Position numbers and translations under genes: made by a program. This document shows, in pieces, positions 11,761-23,205 of a stretch of 39,599 nt of DNA. The DNA is from Octopus bimaculoides. Lineage: Eukaryota. Where the stretch lies: contig NC_068997.1 of NCBI RefSeq assembly GCF_001194135.2, positions 32,261,536-32,301,134 on the forward strand, in the 5' to 3' direction. The notes beneath the pieces were generated by a model. That model was not told the origin of the DNA. It did not search any database and saw only the letters and a list, made by a program, of their open reading frames with translations. Each line of letters starts with the position of its first letter. Within the stretch, counting starts at the first letter, position 1.

Positions 11761-12303
11761 TTGTTCAATACTGATCTCGGAACAGGGAGGATGAATGAAC
11801 GAAGTCGATCTCGTTGGGGATGACTTCAGAATGCAAGAAACTGATTTGGTACTAATGTTGTTCAGTTCGCTGCTACAACAAGATTTTTCTATACCACCAC
11901 TTTCCCGCCGCAGTTCGTAGATGAACATACCGACAGTCATTTCTTCTAAATGACCACTATCCTCTTGTTCTTTCTACTCCTCGCTCGTGTCCAGCCTAAC
12001 AACCAAGTTGACCACCTTGACACGCCTCTTTCTCCATCCAGCTCCACTGTAACTCAATTCTTTCTTTTAAAAACAGCACCCCCTTCTCATTCTTGTTTCT
12101 TTTATGTTTTGCTTGTTTGTTTCCCCTTCTGAATGTCTGTCTCTTCACCAAATTCAGTTCCCAACAAGTCCAACCATCTTCTATGCTAGTGCATTACCAC
12201 CAACGACAACAACAACAATACCGTCTCTAATGTCGCGATTACTTCCACCATCACTAATACTATTACTTCCACCATCATTGCCAATAACACTAAAACTAGC
12301 ACC

Positions 12304-13372
12304 GGATCTTTTCAATCTCAGCCACAGATATTTTAATTAATTTTTTTTAACTAAAATTTTGAAACTTCGGATACTGGTTGAATGTGTCCGCGTAGGACAC
12401 GGTTTACTCTTAATATCTTTGGCGAAAATTTTGTATTTTAGAAGTTATTTCGTGTTAAAGTTATTAGCCAATCAATGACGTGTATTCAGCTGAAGAAAGT
12501 TACCGCTGTTTTCGAAAGTAATGGAAGAGCAACAACTTCCGGGTCATCTGTTCTGGACGCTGCATACATATATGTAAGTAAATACACAGACATATATATA
12601 CGTATATACACACACACACAGACACCAATACATACACACACATGCAACTTTTAGAACGCTGGGGAAAGGAAAGGAAGGTGGGTGTGAAGAATATATAGCT
12701 TTAAGGAGGGAGGGGGATTGTGAAGATGATGACAGTTGTTCACGCAGCGTTTCTGCTGTCCATCACGCACACATTCATATGTAAAGCTGATAAAACCCCA
12801 AATGGAAGTAAGAAAAAGGAGAGAGTTCAATAAATTAATATGCAGTGGTAAGTGGTTGGTAAGTTTATATAAGCTGTCGTTCAGATCGTCAACACACTAC
12901 CTCTCTCTCTCTCTCTCTACGATTTGCTGGAAATAACAGCCAAATCTCTCTCAATTTCACACGTTAGCATTATATACACGAGAGGACACATTGAATAAGA
13001 TGGAAAAAACACACACGCACACACACACATATGTATTCCTTATAAAAGAACTTTTTGTTTTTTTCACTCACCTTTCTTATCTTTTATACTTTTCTCCCAC
13101 CTTTCTCTCCCTCTCTTTCATGACACGATGACCCGGAAGTTGTTGCTCTTCCATTACTTTCGAAAACAGCAGTAACTTTCCTCAGCTGAATACACGTCAT
13201 TGATTGGTTAATAACTTTAACACGAAATAACTTCTAAAATACAAAATTTTCGTCAAAGACATTAAGAGTAAACCATGTTCTACGCGGACACATTCAACCA
13301 GTATCCGAAGTTTCAAACTGTTTAGTTAAAAAAAATTAATTAAAATATCTGTGGCTGAGATTGAAAAGATCC
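12304..13372. mobile_element. non-autonomous DNA transposon with about 245-bp TIRs (terminus GGATCT...AGATCC)
   Basis: 12304-12548 and 13127-13372 are inverted copies with scattered mismatches. A related arm at about 22990-23200 also ends in AGATCC, which defines the terminus. Confidence 0.65.
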
Positions 13373-14530
13373 GGTGCTAGTTTTAGTGTTATTGGCAATG
13401 ATGGTGGAAGTAATAGTATTAGTGATGGTGGAAGTAATCGCGACATTAGAGACGGTATTGTTGTTGTTGTCGTTGGTGGTAATGCACTAGCATAGAAGAT
13501 GGTTGGACTTGTTGGGAACTGAATTTGGTGAAGAGACAGACATTCAGAAGGGGAAACAAACAAGCAAAACATAAAAGAAACAANNNNNNNNNNNNNNNNN
13601 NNNNNNNNNNNNNNNNNNNNNNNNNNNNNNNNNNNNNNNNNNNNNNNNNNNNNNNNNNNNNNNNNNNNNNNNNNNNNNNNNNNNNNNNNNNNNNNNNNNN
13701 NNNNNNNNNNNNNNNNNNNNNNNNNNNNNNNNNNNNNNNNNNNNNNNNNNNNNNNNNNNNNNNNNNNNNNNNNNNNNNNNNNNNNNNNNNNNNNNNNNNN
13801 NNNNNNNNNNNNNNNNNNNNNNNNNNNNNNNNNNNNNNNNNNNNNNNNNNNNNNNNNNNNNNNNNNNNNNNNNNNNNNNNNNNNNNNNNNNNNNNNNNNN
13901 NNNNNNNNNNNNNNNNNNNNNNNNNNNNNNNNNNNNNNNNNNNNNNNNNNNNNNNNNNNNNNNNNNNNNNNNNNNNNNNNNNNNNNNNNNNNNNNNNNNN
14001 NNNNNNNNNNNNNNNNNNNNNNNNNNNNNNNNNNNNNNNNNNNNNNNNNNNNNNNNNNNNNNNNNNNNNNNNNNNNNNNNNNNNNNNNNNNNNNNNNNNN
14101 NNNNNNNNNNNNNNNNNNNNNNNNNNNNNNNNNNNNNNNNNNNNNNNNNNNNNNNNNNNNNNNNNNNNNNNNNNNNNNNNNNNNNNNNNNNNNNNNNNNN
14201 NNNNNNNNNNNNNNNNNNNNNNNNNNNNNNNNNNNNNNNNNNNNNNNNNNNNNNNNNNNNNNNNNNNNNNNNNNNNNNNTAAGGTAGAGGTATGGCTGAC
14301 GACCAATCCTAGCTGACTGGTCAGTCAACATTCCAGCCATTTACTGCGTTGAAAGACATTGAGCTTCACAGGGAAGGACACACAGACAGAAAAAGATGAA
14401 AAAAAAAAATGTAAAGGAGGGGAAGAAGAAGAAAATCGATTAATTTGACCGACAACAACTGACCATTGACCTGACAGAAATAGAAGAATGAAATAATTGA
14501 AAACAAAAGTCGTGAACAACATGAAAACGA

Positions 14531-14561
<31 letters not shown>

Positions 14562-14701
14562 GGCGCGCGTTTGTGTATTCACAGACACACAAGCACATAC
14601 TTATGATAGATTTATATGCATACATATTAGTATATATAGATAAGTATTTATATATACACCCATGTTTATCTATGTACATAATATATACGAATATCTGTCT
14701 T

Positions 14702-15330
14702 TTATCGTTTATCTTCTGTTTCAGTAATTAGACTGCGGCCATGCTGGGGCACCGCCTTGAAGAACTTTTAGTAGAATGTATCAACCCTAGTATTTATTAT
14801 TTTTTTTAAAGCCTGGTACTTTTTCTATCGGTTTTCTTTTACCGAACCGCTATGTTACGGATACGCAAATATACCAACACCGGTTGTCAAGCGGTGGGGG
14901 TAGGGGCAAATACACACACACACACATACACAGTGACGGTAGTGAGTTCGAATCCCAGACCGGACTGTCTGTTGTGTTCTTGAACAAGACACTTTATTTC
15001 ACGTTGCTCCAGTTCACTCAGCTGCAGAAATTAGTTGCGACGTCACAGGTGCCAAGATGTATCGGCCCCTTTGTCTTTTCCTTGGATAACATCAGTGGCA
15101 TAGAAAGGGGTGGATGGTATGCATGGGCGACTGCTGGTCTTCCATAAACAATCTCGTGCAGATTTTTGTGACTCGGAGAGAAACTTTGTAGGTGCAGTCC
15201 CATGGTCATTCATGACCGGAATGGGTCTTTACTATATATCTATATACAACGGGCTTCTTTTAGTTTCCGTCTACTAAATTCACTCACAAGGCCTTGGTCG
15301 GGCCGAGACTATAATAGAAGACGCTTGCGA
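14702..15330 (-). mobile_element. SINE family B interrupted by a family C SINE
   Basis: The tail (14702-14930) and head part (15231-15330) are collinear on the minus strand, separated by the insert at the central (CA/TA)n. Confidence 0.75.
14932..15230 (+). mobile_element. SINE family C (tRNA head plus CORE/Meta-like domain), 5'-truncated, nested
   Basis: B box GAGTTCGAATCC, then TGTGTTCTTGAACAAGACACTTTATTTCACGTTGCTCCAGTTCACTCAGCTG, a typical superfamily central domain (exact domain not assignable without a search). Confidence 0.75.
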
Positions 15331-15444
15331 GAACAACATTTATCATACAGCCACACCTGCGCCTATATATATAATATATATGTATATATGTGTGTATATA
15401 TACATACATACAAATATATCTTATCTTTTCTTTTATATTAACTT

Positions 15445-15570
15445 GTGTCAGTCATTAGACGGTGGCCATGCTAAGGCACCACCTTGACGAATTTTAGTCC
15501 GAACCGTTAGATTACAGGAACGTAAACATTTCAACACCAGTTATCAAGCAGTGAAGGACAAACGCAGCCA
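15445..15570 (-). mobile_element. SINE family B tail, internally deleted
   Basis: TCAGTCATTAGACGGTGGCCATGCT...CACCAGTTATCAAGC. Confidence 0.65.
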
Positions 15571-15593
15571 AAAAAAACGCACATTCATATATA

Positions 15594-15746
15594 GAGTGGC
15601 TGTGTTGTATGTAGCTTGCTTACCAACCACATGGTTCCGGGTTCAGTCCCACTGCGCGGCACCTTGGGCAAGTATCTTCTACTATAGCCTCGCGCCGACC
15701 AAAGCCTTGTGAGTGGATTTGCTAGACGGAAGCTGAAAGAAGCCCG

Positions 15747-15781
<35 letters not shown>
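15594..15781 (+). mobile_element. SINE family B, 5' half running into (TA)n and a gap
   Basis: Well-preserved head GAGTGGCTGTG...GGTTCCGGGTTCAGTCCCACTGCG...GAAAGAAGCCCGTC. Confidence 0.88.
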
Positions 15782-16780
15782 NNNNNNNNNNNNNNNNNNN
15801 NNNNNNNNNNNNNNNNNNNNNNNNNNNNNNNNNNNNNNNNNNNNNNNNNNNNNNNNNNNNNNNNNNNNNNNNNNNNNNNNNNNNNNNNNNNNNNNNNNNN
15901 NNNNNNNNNNNNNNNNNNNNNNNNNNNNNNNNNNNNNNNNNNNNNNNNNNNNNNNNNNNNNNNNNNNNNNNNNNNNNNNNNNNNNNNNNNNNNNNNNNNN
16001 NNNNNNNNNNNNNNNNNNNNNNNNNNNNNNNNNNNNNNNNNNNNNNNNNNNNNNNNNNNNNNNNNNNNNNNNNNNNNNNNNNNNNNNNNNNNNNNNNNNN
16101 NNNNNNNNNNNNNNNNNNNNNNNNNNNNNNNNNNNNNNNNNNNNNNNNNNNNNNNNNNNNNNNNNNNNNNNNNNNNNNNNNNNNNNNNNNNNNNNNNNNN
16201 NNNNNNNNNNNNNNNNNNNNNNNNNNNNNNNNNNNNNNNNNNNNNNNNNNNNNNNNNNNNNNNNNNNNNNNNNNNNNNNNNNNNNNNNNNNNNNNNNNNN
16301 NNNNNNNNNNNNNNNNNNNNNNNNNNNNNNNNNNNNNNNNNNNNNNNNNNNNNNNNNNNNNNNNNNNNNNNNNNNNNNNNNNNNNNNNNNNNNNNNNNNN
16401 NNNNNNNNNNNNNNNNNNNNNNNNNNNNNNNNNNNNNNNNNNNNNNNNNNNNNNNNNNNNNNNNNNNNNNNNNNNNNNNNNNNNNNNNNNNNNNNNNNNN
16501 NNNNNNNNNNNNNNNNNNNNNNNNNNNNNNNNNNNNNNNNNNNNNNNNNNNNNGGCTGAAGATTGGAATAGTGAAATTTCCATTCACTTAACCATGAAAC
16601 GATTCGTATCCAATTAACTAAAGGCTTGGTTTGTTTACGCTTTTCCCTCCGGTTTTTTGTTCTATGTGTGCCATAAATATCGCCATCCGCTTTAGAAAAA
16701 AATTTGTAGTTTGGAATCAGTAGTTCTTTGACTGCTATTTCTGAATTTTCAGTATGTTTTTTTATATATATATATATATA

Positions 16781-16905
16781 TGACGGGCTTCTTTCAGTTT
16801 TCGTCTACAAAATCCACTCACATGGTTTTGGTCGGCTCAATGTCATAGTAGAAGACACTTACCCAAGAACTGAACCCGAAACCACGTGGTTGCAAAGCGA
16901 GCTTT
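16781..16905 (-). mobile_element. SINE family B head fragment
   Basis: GACGGGCTTCTTTCAGTTTTCGTCTAC...ACTGAACCCGAAACCACGTGGTTG. Confidence 0.75.
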
Positions 16906-17124
16906 TTATGAAAATTACATAAGGCACATGGTCTAGTGAGCAGCAGTGTTGGGCCCATGATCATAAGGTCGCGCAAACACCTTTATTTCAGGCTGTTCCA
17001 CTGCACTCAGCTCAGAATGAGTATCAGATGCAGCTCGCCTCCACCTGTTCTTGCCTCCACCTGTTACAACCACAATTTTCTGCTGAGTCACAATGAGTTA
17101 CCCAAGATGGCGTTTGTACATAAA

Positions 17125-17415
17125 CAGGCGTGACTGTGCGGTAAGAAGCCGGCTTCTCAACTACATGGTTTGGGATTCAGTACCACTGCGTGGTACCTCG
17201 GACAAGTGTCTTTCTCTATACCCTCGGGCCTCGTGAGTAGATTTCGTAGACGGAAACTGAAAGAAGCCCGTTGTATATATACGTGCATATGTGTGCGCAC
17301 GTATCTTTGTGTGTGCGTTTACCCACCACCACCGCTTGACAATCGGTGTTGGTGTTTACGTTCCTTTAACTTAGTGGTTCGTCAAAAGAAACCGATAGAA
17401 TAAGTATCAGTCTAA
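17125..17415 (+). mobile_element. SINE family B, 3'-truncated at a (TAA)n tract
   Basis: Head and body are recognisable up to GATAGAATAAGTA, then (TAA)n follows. Confidence 0.8.
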
Positions 17416-17417
17416 AT

Positions 17418-17447
17418 ATAATAATAATAATAATGATGATAATAATA

Positions 17448-17486
<39 letters not shown>

Positions 17487-17488
17487 GA
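17418..17488. repeat. (TAA)n microsatellite
   Basis: Directly visible. Confidence 0.95.
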
Positions 17489-17517
17489 AATAATAAATTA
17501 ATTCTTTTATTAGCCAC

Positions 17518-17960
17518 AGACAGTGCTACAGCTCCAAACAAAAGAGGGAGTCGTGAAAACGAAAGCTATCCCCATTCGAAGAGGAATACTCCAGGGAGAC
17601 ACGCTCTCTCCACTCCTGTTCTGCCTGGCGCTCACACCTTTAACTGTCTTGCTAAATAGAACTGGATGCGGATACAAATGTTACGGCAAAACAATCAGCC
17701 ACCTTTTATATATGGATGACTTAAAATTACATGCTAGAAATGATAAAGAGCTGGAAACATTACTACAGACAGTACATGGATTTACCAAGGAAATAGATAT
17801 GAAATTCGGATTAGAAAAATGCGCCAAAGCAACCCTGAAAAGAGGAAAACTAGTTAAGAGTAGCAACATCACACTAGATAAAGCCAATGAAATAAGAGAA
17901 CTAGACGAAAGCCAGCCATACACATATTTAGGAATCAATGAACTAGATAGGATACAACAC
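17518..17960 (+). mobile_element. R4/Dong-clade non-LTR retrotransposon, RT fragment (5'-truncated, continues into gap)
   Basis: Uninterrupted frame with IRRGILQGDTLSPLLFCLAL (RT domain 4), SHLLYMDDLKL (catalytic YMDD), MKFGLEKC and YTYLG. It follows (TAA)n, the known Dong target. Confidence 0.92.
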
Positions 17961-18948
17961 NNNNNNNNNNNNNNNNNNNNNNNNNNNNNNNNNNNNNNNN
18001 NNNNNNNNNNNNNNNNNNNNNNNNNNNNNNNNNNNNNNNNNNNNNNNNNNNNNNNNNNNNNNNNNNNNNNNNNNNNNNNNNNNNNNNNNNNNNNNNNNNN
18101 NNNNNNNNNNNNNNNNNNNNNNNNNNNNNNNNNNNNNNNNNNNNNNNNNNNNNNNNNNNNNNNNNNNNNNNNNNNNNNNNNNNNNNNNNNNNNNNNNNNN
18201 NNNNNNNNNNNNNNNNNNNNNNNNNNNNNNNNNNNNNNNNNNNNNNNNNNNNNNNNNNNNNNNNNNNNNNNNNNNNNNNNNNNNNNNNNNNNNNNNNNNN
18301 NNNNNNNNNNNNNNNNNNNNNNNNNNNNNNNNNNNNNNNNNNNNNNNNNNNNNNNNNNNNNNNNNNNNNNNNNNNNNNNNNNNNNNNNNNNNNNNNNNNN
18401 NNNNNNNNNNNNNNNNNNNNNNNNNNNNNNNNNNNNNNNNNNNNNNNNNNNNNNNNNNNNNNNNNNNNNNNNNNNNNNNNNNNNNNNNNNNNNNNNNNNN
18501 NNNNNNNNNNNNNNNNNNNNNNNNNNNNNNNNNNNNNNNNNNNNNNNNNNNNNNNNNNNNNNNNNNNNNNNNNNNNNNNNNNNNNNNNNNNNNNNNNNNN
18601 NNNNNNNNNNNNNNNNNNNNNNNNNNNNNNNNNNNNNNNNNNNNNNNNNNNNNNNNNNNNNNNNNNNNNNNNNNNNNNNNNNNNNNNNNNNNNNNNNNNN
18701 NNNNNNNNNNNNNNNNNNNNNNNNNNNNNNNNNNNNNNNNNNNNNNNNNNNNNNNNNNNNNNNNNNNNNNNNNNNNNNNNNNNNNNNNNNNNNNNNNNNN
18801 NNNNNNNNNNNNNNNNNNNNNNNNNNNNNNNNNNNNNNNNNNNNNNNNNNNNNNNNNNNNNNNNNNNNNNNNNNNNNNNNNNNNNNNNNNNNNNNNNNNN
18901 NNNNNNNNNNNNNNNNNNNNNNNNNNNNNNNNNAAAAACAACAATAAT

Positions 18949-19176
18949 CGGCGAGCTGGTAGAAACGTTAGCACGTCGGGCGAAATGCCTAGCGGTATTT
19001 CGTCTACCTTTACGTTCTGAGTTCAAATTCCGCCGAGGTCGCATTTGTCTTTCATCCTTTCGGGGTCGATTAAATAAGTACCAGTTACGCACTGGGGTCG
19101 ACGTAATTGACTTAATCTCTTTTGTCTGTCCTTGTTTTTTCCCTCTATGTTTAACCTCCCGTGGGCAATAAAGATA
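18949..19176 (+). mobile_element. SINE family A with alternative tail ending GTGGGCAATAAAGA plus (TTA)n
   Basis: Head and body as at 311, but the sequence after AATTGACT differs. Confidence 0.85.
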
Positions 19177-19587
19177 TTAATTTATTATTATTATTATTAT
19201 TATTATTATAAGTAGTTGGGTTGATTCATTCGGCTAAAAATTCAAGGTAGGGCTCCAGTATGGCCGCAGTCCAATGACTAAAATAAGTAAAAGAGAAAGG
19301 GTAGAAGAAAAGAGGATAAAGAGTTAGATATTTGGGGTAATTCAAATGCATTTTGGACGTATTTGTTGTTTCTAAACAGGAATGCTTTATTCCCCGCCGT
19401 CTTCTTCCCCCCTCTGTACATTCTTGACGCTTGGTCGATTGTCCTTTACGTCTTTTATTTATCTCACTCATTGGACTGTGGCCATGTTGAAGGCACTGCC
19501 TTCAACATGGCCTTCTCTGTCGGTGAGAATTTTAAAAATAAATCCGAAAGAAAATCCATATACTCATACACACTAAATACGCATGTA

Positions 19588-19897
19588 ATGGCGAACTCTC
19601 TGGTCGTAAACGACGGATGATGGTTCCACAACCTGCACAACATGAGGGTCCGACAACCTGCACGGGTGATTTATTTATATTGATCACATATTTGTGCTGT
19701 ACATTAGGTCACTTCCTTCCATCAAATCGACATTACCTGTACAAGTGCAGAAGTATGTCACACGTCAGATGTGGAAATTATATAATAGAACAACGTGAAA
19801 TGAAGTGTTTTGCTCAAGAACAAATCGCACCGCCTGCTAAGGGAATCGAAATTCTGATCTTGTGATCGTGAGCGCAACACTTTAACTAGACCACGCA
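19588..19897 (-). mobile_element. SINE family C-like, degenerate
   Basis: Minus strand GCGTGGTCTAGTT...TTTCGATTCCC...TTGTTCTTGAGCAAAACACTTCATTTCACGTTG. Confidence 0.65.
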
Positions 19898-19914
19898 TTT
19901 TCACACATACGTAA

Positions 19915-19969
19915 CACCTACTTACCTACCTACCTACCTACCTACCTACCTACCTACCTACCTTTCTAC

Positions 19970-20000
<31 letters not shown>

Positions 20001-20070
20001 CATACATACATACATACGTATATATATATATATATATATACATACATAATGCATGCATGCATACATACAT
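19915..20070. repeat. compound microsatellite (CCTA)n(ATAC)n(TA)n
   Basis: Directly visible. Confidence 0.95.
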
Positions 20071-20426
20071 ACAAACATGCATGTCTACATACACACTTGT
20101 AACAAACGAAACAATAACACTGTTGAAGCGGCCAAGTTGCAGCTGAAAATGTCGACTGTGTCATATTTCTGTGGCAGACGTTACATGTGATCTACAGATG
20201 ACACCAAATATTACCAACCTTTTATATTCCTTTGTCGTATGATGTTCTTGCTAAAACAATATACAATACTATACGAGGGGAGAAATACCTTAGGATAAAT
20301 GTCAAGCATACTTTTGGCAGCGGGTTCTTTGACACATTTAAAATTAGAAATATAATGGTGGGACATTCTCATCAAAATCAAACCGAAACACTGAATTTTG
20401 ATAAGCCAACCAGGGAACTTCTATGT

Positions 20427-21499
20427 TAGTGTTTCTCAATCATTTTTTACTTATGGACCCCTCCGACTCCTATTTTACTCGGGTGGCCTCTCATAGCCAT
20501 TTGATGTCGGAAAAAAAAATCATATTATATTTTTATAATCTTATGATAATTCTGGTGGCGAGTGCATAGTGAAGACGTACTTTTTAAAAAATTGAACTAA
20601 GTTTTTATATCGCTTATCGCTTAACGCATGCGCATCCTAAACTTGCCATTCACTTTAGAAAGAAAACCAGTTTCTCGTTCGCCTGTCATATGCAATGACT
20701 ATCAATAAATCACAAGGGCAGACTTGCCTGAACCTGTATTGGGCCATGGTCAGCTATTTGTTGCATTCTCAAGGACTCGCAAATTATCTGATGTGAGAGA
20801 TAAAGTTATCAACACTGACAAATAAGGGGAAGAAGAGGGAGAACTTACATGGAGGACATAGTTTGCAAAGAAGTATTGAATTGAAAGGCGTACACAAATT
20901 GAAATCTGTATTGGGCTCTGACAAATCGCGTTGGCTTATAAGTTACGAACGATATGGTTTTCAGAGTATACCATGTTGCATTAAATTTTTACCCCCGTCA
21001 AATTGTGACCCCTATATTTTACATATAAATAATTTTTTATACTATAAAATGTTTGTTTTCCAGATATGAAACAGTGACAAATTTTGAAATGTAAGCTTTT
21101 CTGTTTATGGGGAAAATGGAAGAATAAGACTGAATACTTATTTTATGAGTGCTGTGTATTAAGTCTATAATATTGTGCATAAAGTATATATATAAAGTAC
21201 ATTTAAGTAATCATTGTATTCCAATTTCCTTCACTTTTCAATGAATAGCAGATGAGCGACTTATCTTTTGATACAGACCCAACACAGGCTACGCTTTGGG
21301 GATTTTTAAAATAAAGTTTTCAGGAATAACCCAATAGGTTTACTATTAATTCCGTGAAATATTCACGGATCCCGATAGTTAATTATTATTAGGAATTGCA
21401 TAAAAACAATTCTTAAAATATTTTGTGTTAAAAGTATGACCATTTTGTTGCACATAAATTTTAACAAAATTTTATATGAACCCCAGTCGAGAGCCATTG
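20427..21499 (+). mobile_element. hAT MITE split by a nested Helitron
   Basis: The left half ends ...TTTTATAA and the right half resumes TATTATTAGGAATTG, as in uninterrupted copies. TSD ttctatgt (20419-20426) / ctctatgt (21500-21507), 7/8. Confidence 0.82.
20539..21378 (+). mobile_element. Helitron fragment: Pif1-type helicase C-terminus plus 3' end
   Basis: 20641-20884 reads LPFTLER / QFLVRLSYAMTINKSQGQT / LPEPVLGHGQLFVAFSR ... DIVCKEVLN* with frameshifts (helicase motifs V-VI and the typical NIVYKEVL end). Hairpin CCGTGAA-ATA-TTCACGG at 21352-21368, then ATAG|T in place of CTAG|T. Confidence 0.88.
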
Positions 21500-21505
21500 C
21501 TCTAT

Positions 21506-21700
21506 GTGGTGAATAGACTTCCTAGAAGTAGCAGCCAGATCTCTTCTTAAATCAGATCCTCTTATTCTGAAAAAGGAAGGAATACATTAAATAATGTAGA
21601 TGTATACACACTTCTAAAAGACCATGGCTAGGACGTCCTTGGTCATAGTTCAGTTCAATCAGAACTGACCTGAGTGTAAACAAACAGCAAGCCAAATCGG
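21506..21700 (+). mobile_element. repeat family D (SINE or LINE 3' end, AAC-tailed)
   Basis: CTAGAAGTAGCAGCCAGATCTC...CTGACCTGAGTGTAAACAAACAGC, homologous to 28090-28316 and to fragments at about 3890, 7995(-), 8450(-), 12920, 23360, 24290 and 27440. Confidence 0.6.
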
Positions 21701-22079
21701 GAGCCTGTACATGATGGTTCAACCTGCGAGAAAGTGCACCTACAGCTTTCTCAGAAGACGTTATATTAAAAAAAAAAAGCCAAAATGATGAGTTTTTTTC
21801 TTCATTTTTGTCTTCTAGTCAGAAGGAAATGTATTGTCCATGGCCAGTTACAGGGGCTTCCGAGGCTGGTGGGTGGGTGGGTGGAAGCAGGATGATATCC
21901 TTCAACTGGAAAACTTATACAAATGCTGACGACAGAGTGGACTCCGCTAAAGGCACTAAGGGCTGGTGGTGTTGCCTGTGTCACCTAAGAAGTCCACATT
22001 GGGATTTGAACTCAGAACGCTAAAAATCGGAAGAAATACTAAGTCATTCTGTTCATCGTTCTTACACTCTTGCCAATCC

Positions 22080-22150
22080 ATCGCTTTGGATCGGTACTTA
22101 ATTTATCGACCTCGAAAAGATGAAAGGCGATCTTGGTTTAATTCGAATTC
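22080..22150 (-). mobile_element. SINE family A fragment
   Basis: GGTACTTAATTTATCGACCTCGAAAAGATGAAAGGC. Confidence 0.6.
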
Positions 22151-22799
22151 TGAGAGCTGACAATCGGAACAAATAGTGTGATATGCTACATTGGACCTTC
22201 GAATTAGCAGTACAATCCTTCCGTTGGTCTTTCAAACAGTTTGCGTCCACGCAGTTTCAATCGTATTGTCGAGCAGTATGAACGTGTATGTATGAACATG
22301 TATGTATGTATGTATGTATGTATGTATGTATGTATGTATGTGTGTATGTATGCGTGTGTGTGTGTATGTATGCATGTGTGTGTGTATGTATGTGTATGCA
22401 CATGTTATATACATTTAAATGTATATATGCGTAGTTGTATACTTTNNNNNNNNNNNNNNNNNNNNNNNNNNNNNNNNNNNNNNNNNNNNNNNNNNNNNNN
22501 NNNNNNNNNNNNNNNNNNNNNNNNNNNNNNNNNNNNNNNNNNNNNNNNNNNNNNNNNNNNNNNNNNNNNNNNNNNNNNNNNNNNNNNNNNNNNNNNNNNN
22601 NNNNNNNNNNNNNNNNNNNNNNNNNNNNNNNNNNNNNNNNNNNNNNNNNNNNNNNNNNNNNNNNNNNNNNNNNNNNNNNNNNNNNNNNNNNNNNNNNNNN
22701 NNNNNNNNNNNNNNNNNNNNNNNNNNNNNNNNNNNNNNNNNNNNNNNNNNNNNNNNNNNNNNNNNNNNNNNNNNNNNNNNNNNNNNNNNNNNNNNNNNN

Positions 22800-23205
22800 T
22801 AACTAGACTGTTAACCGTAACCCTAACCCTAAAACTAACCCTAACTCTAGCATCCGAACTCTAAAATTGTTACACACATAGATACGCACAGCGTAATTTA
22901 TTATACAAACAATATATGCGTATAAATTACGATTAAACCGGATGAAATATGTCACAGGGAATAATATTTTTATGACCGCCCAGCAGTAAACTCTATTCAA
23001 CTGAATAAACGTAGGTGATTGGTTAAAATTACAGAAATACGACAACTTTTACATGGAATAACTTGCGAATTCCTTTTTTTTTTTGTTAAGAAGACTAAGA
23101 GTAAAAGATGTTTTATATGACACATTCTACCAGTGTCCCAAGTTTCAAAGTGTTTCGTTAGTGTTTCGTTAAGAAAATACTGGCGCCCCCGTTTTAAAAT
23201 AGATC
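22800..23205. mobile_element. right part of a DNA element related to the 12.3-13.4 kb TIR element, with internal degenerate (TAACCC)n
   Basis: Shares CTGAATA.ACGT..TGATTGGTTAA, TAAGAGTAAA, GACACATTC.ACCAGT.TCC.AAGTTTCAAA and the AGATCC end with 13185-13372. Confidence 0.55.

Noticed and set aside
12104-12340. Identical 78-aa ORF on both strands (also the end of 13336-14340)
   Set aside because: By-product of the inverted duplication; low-complexity and no recognisable domain.
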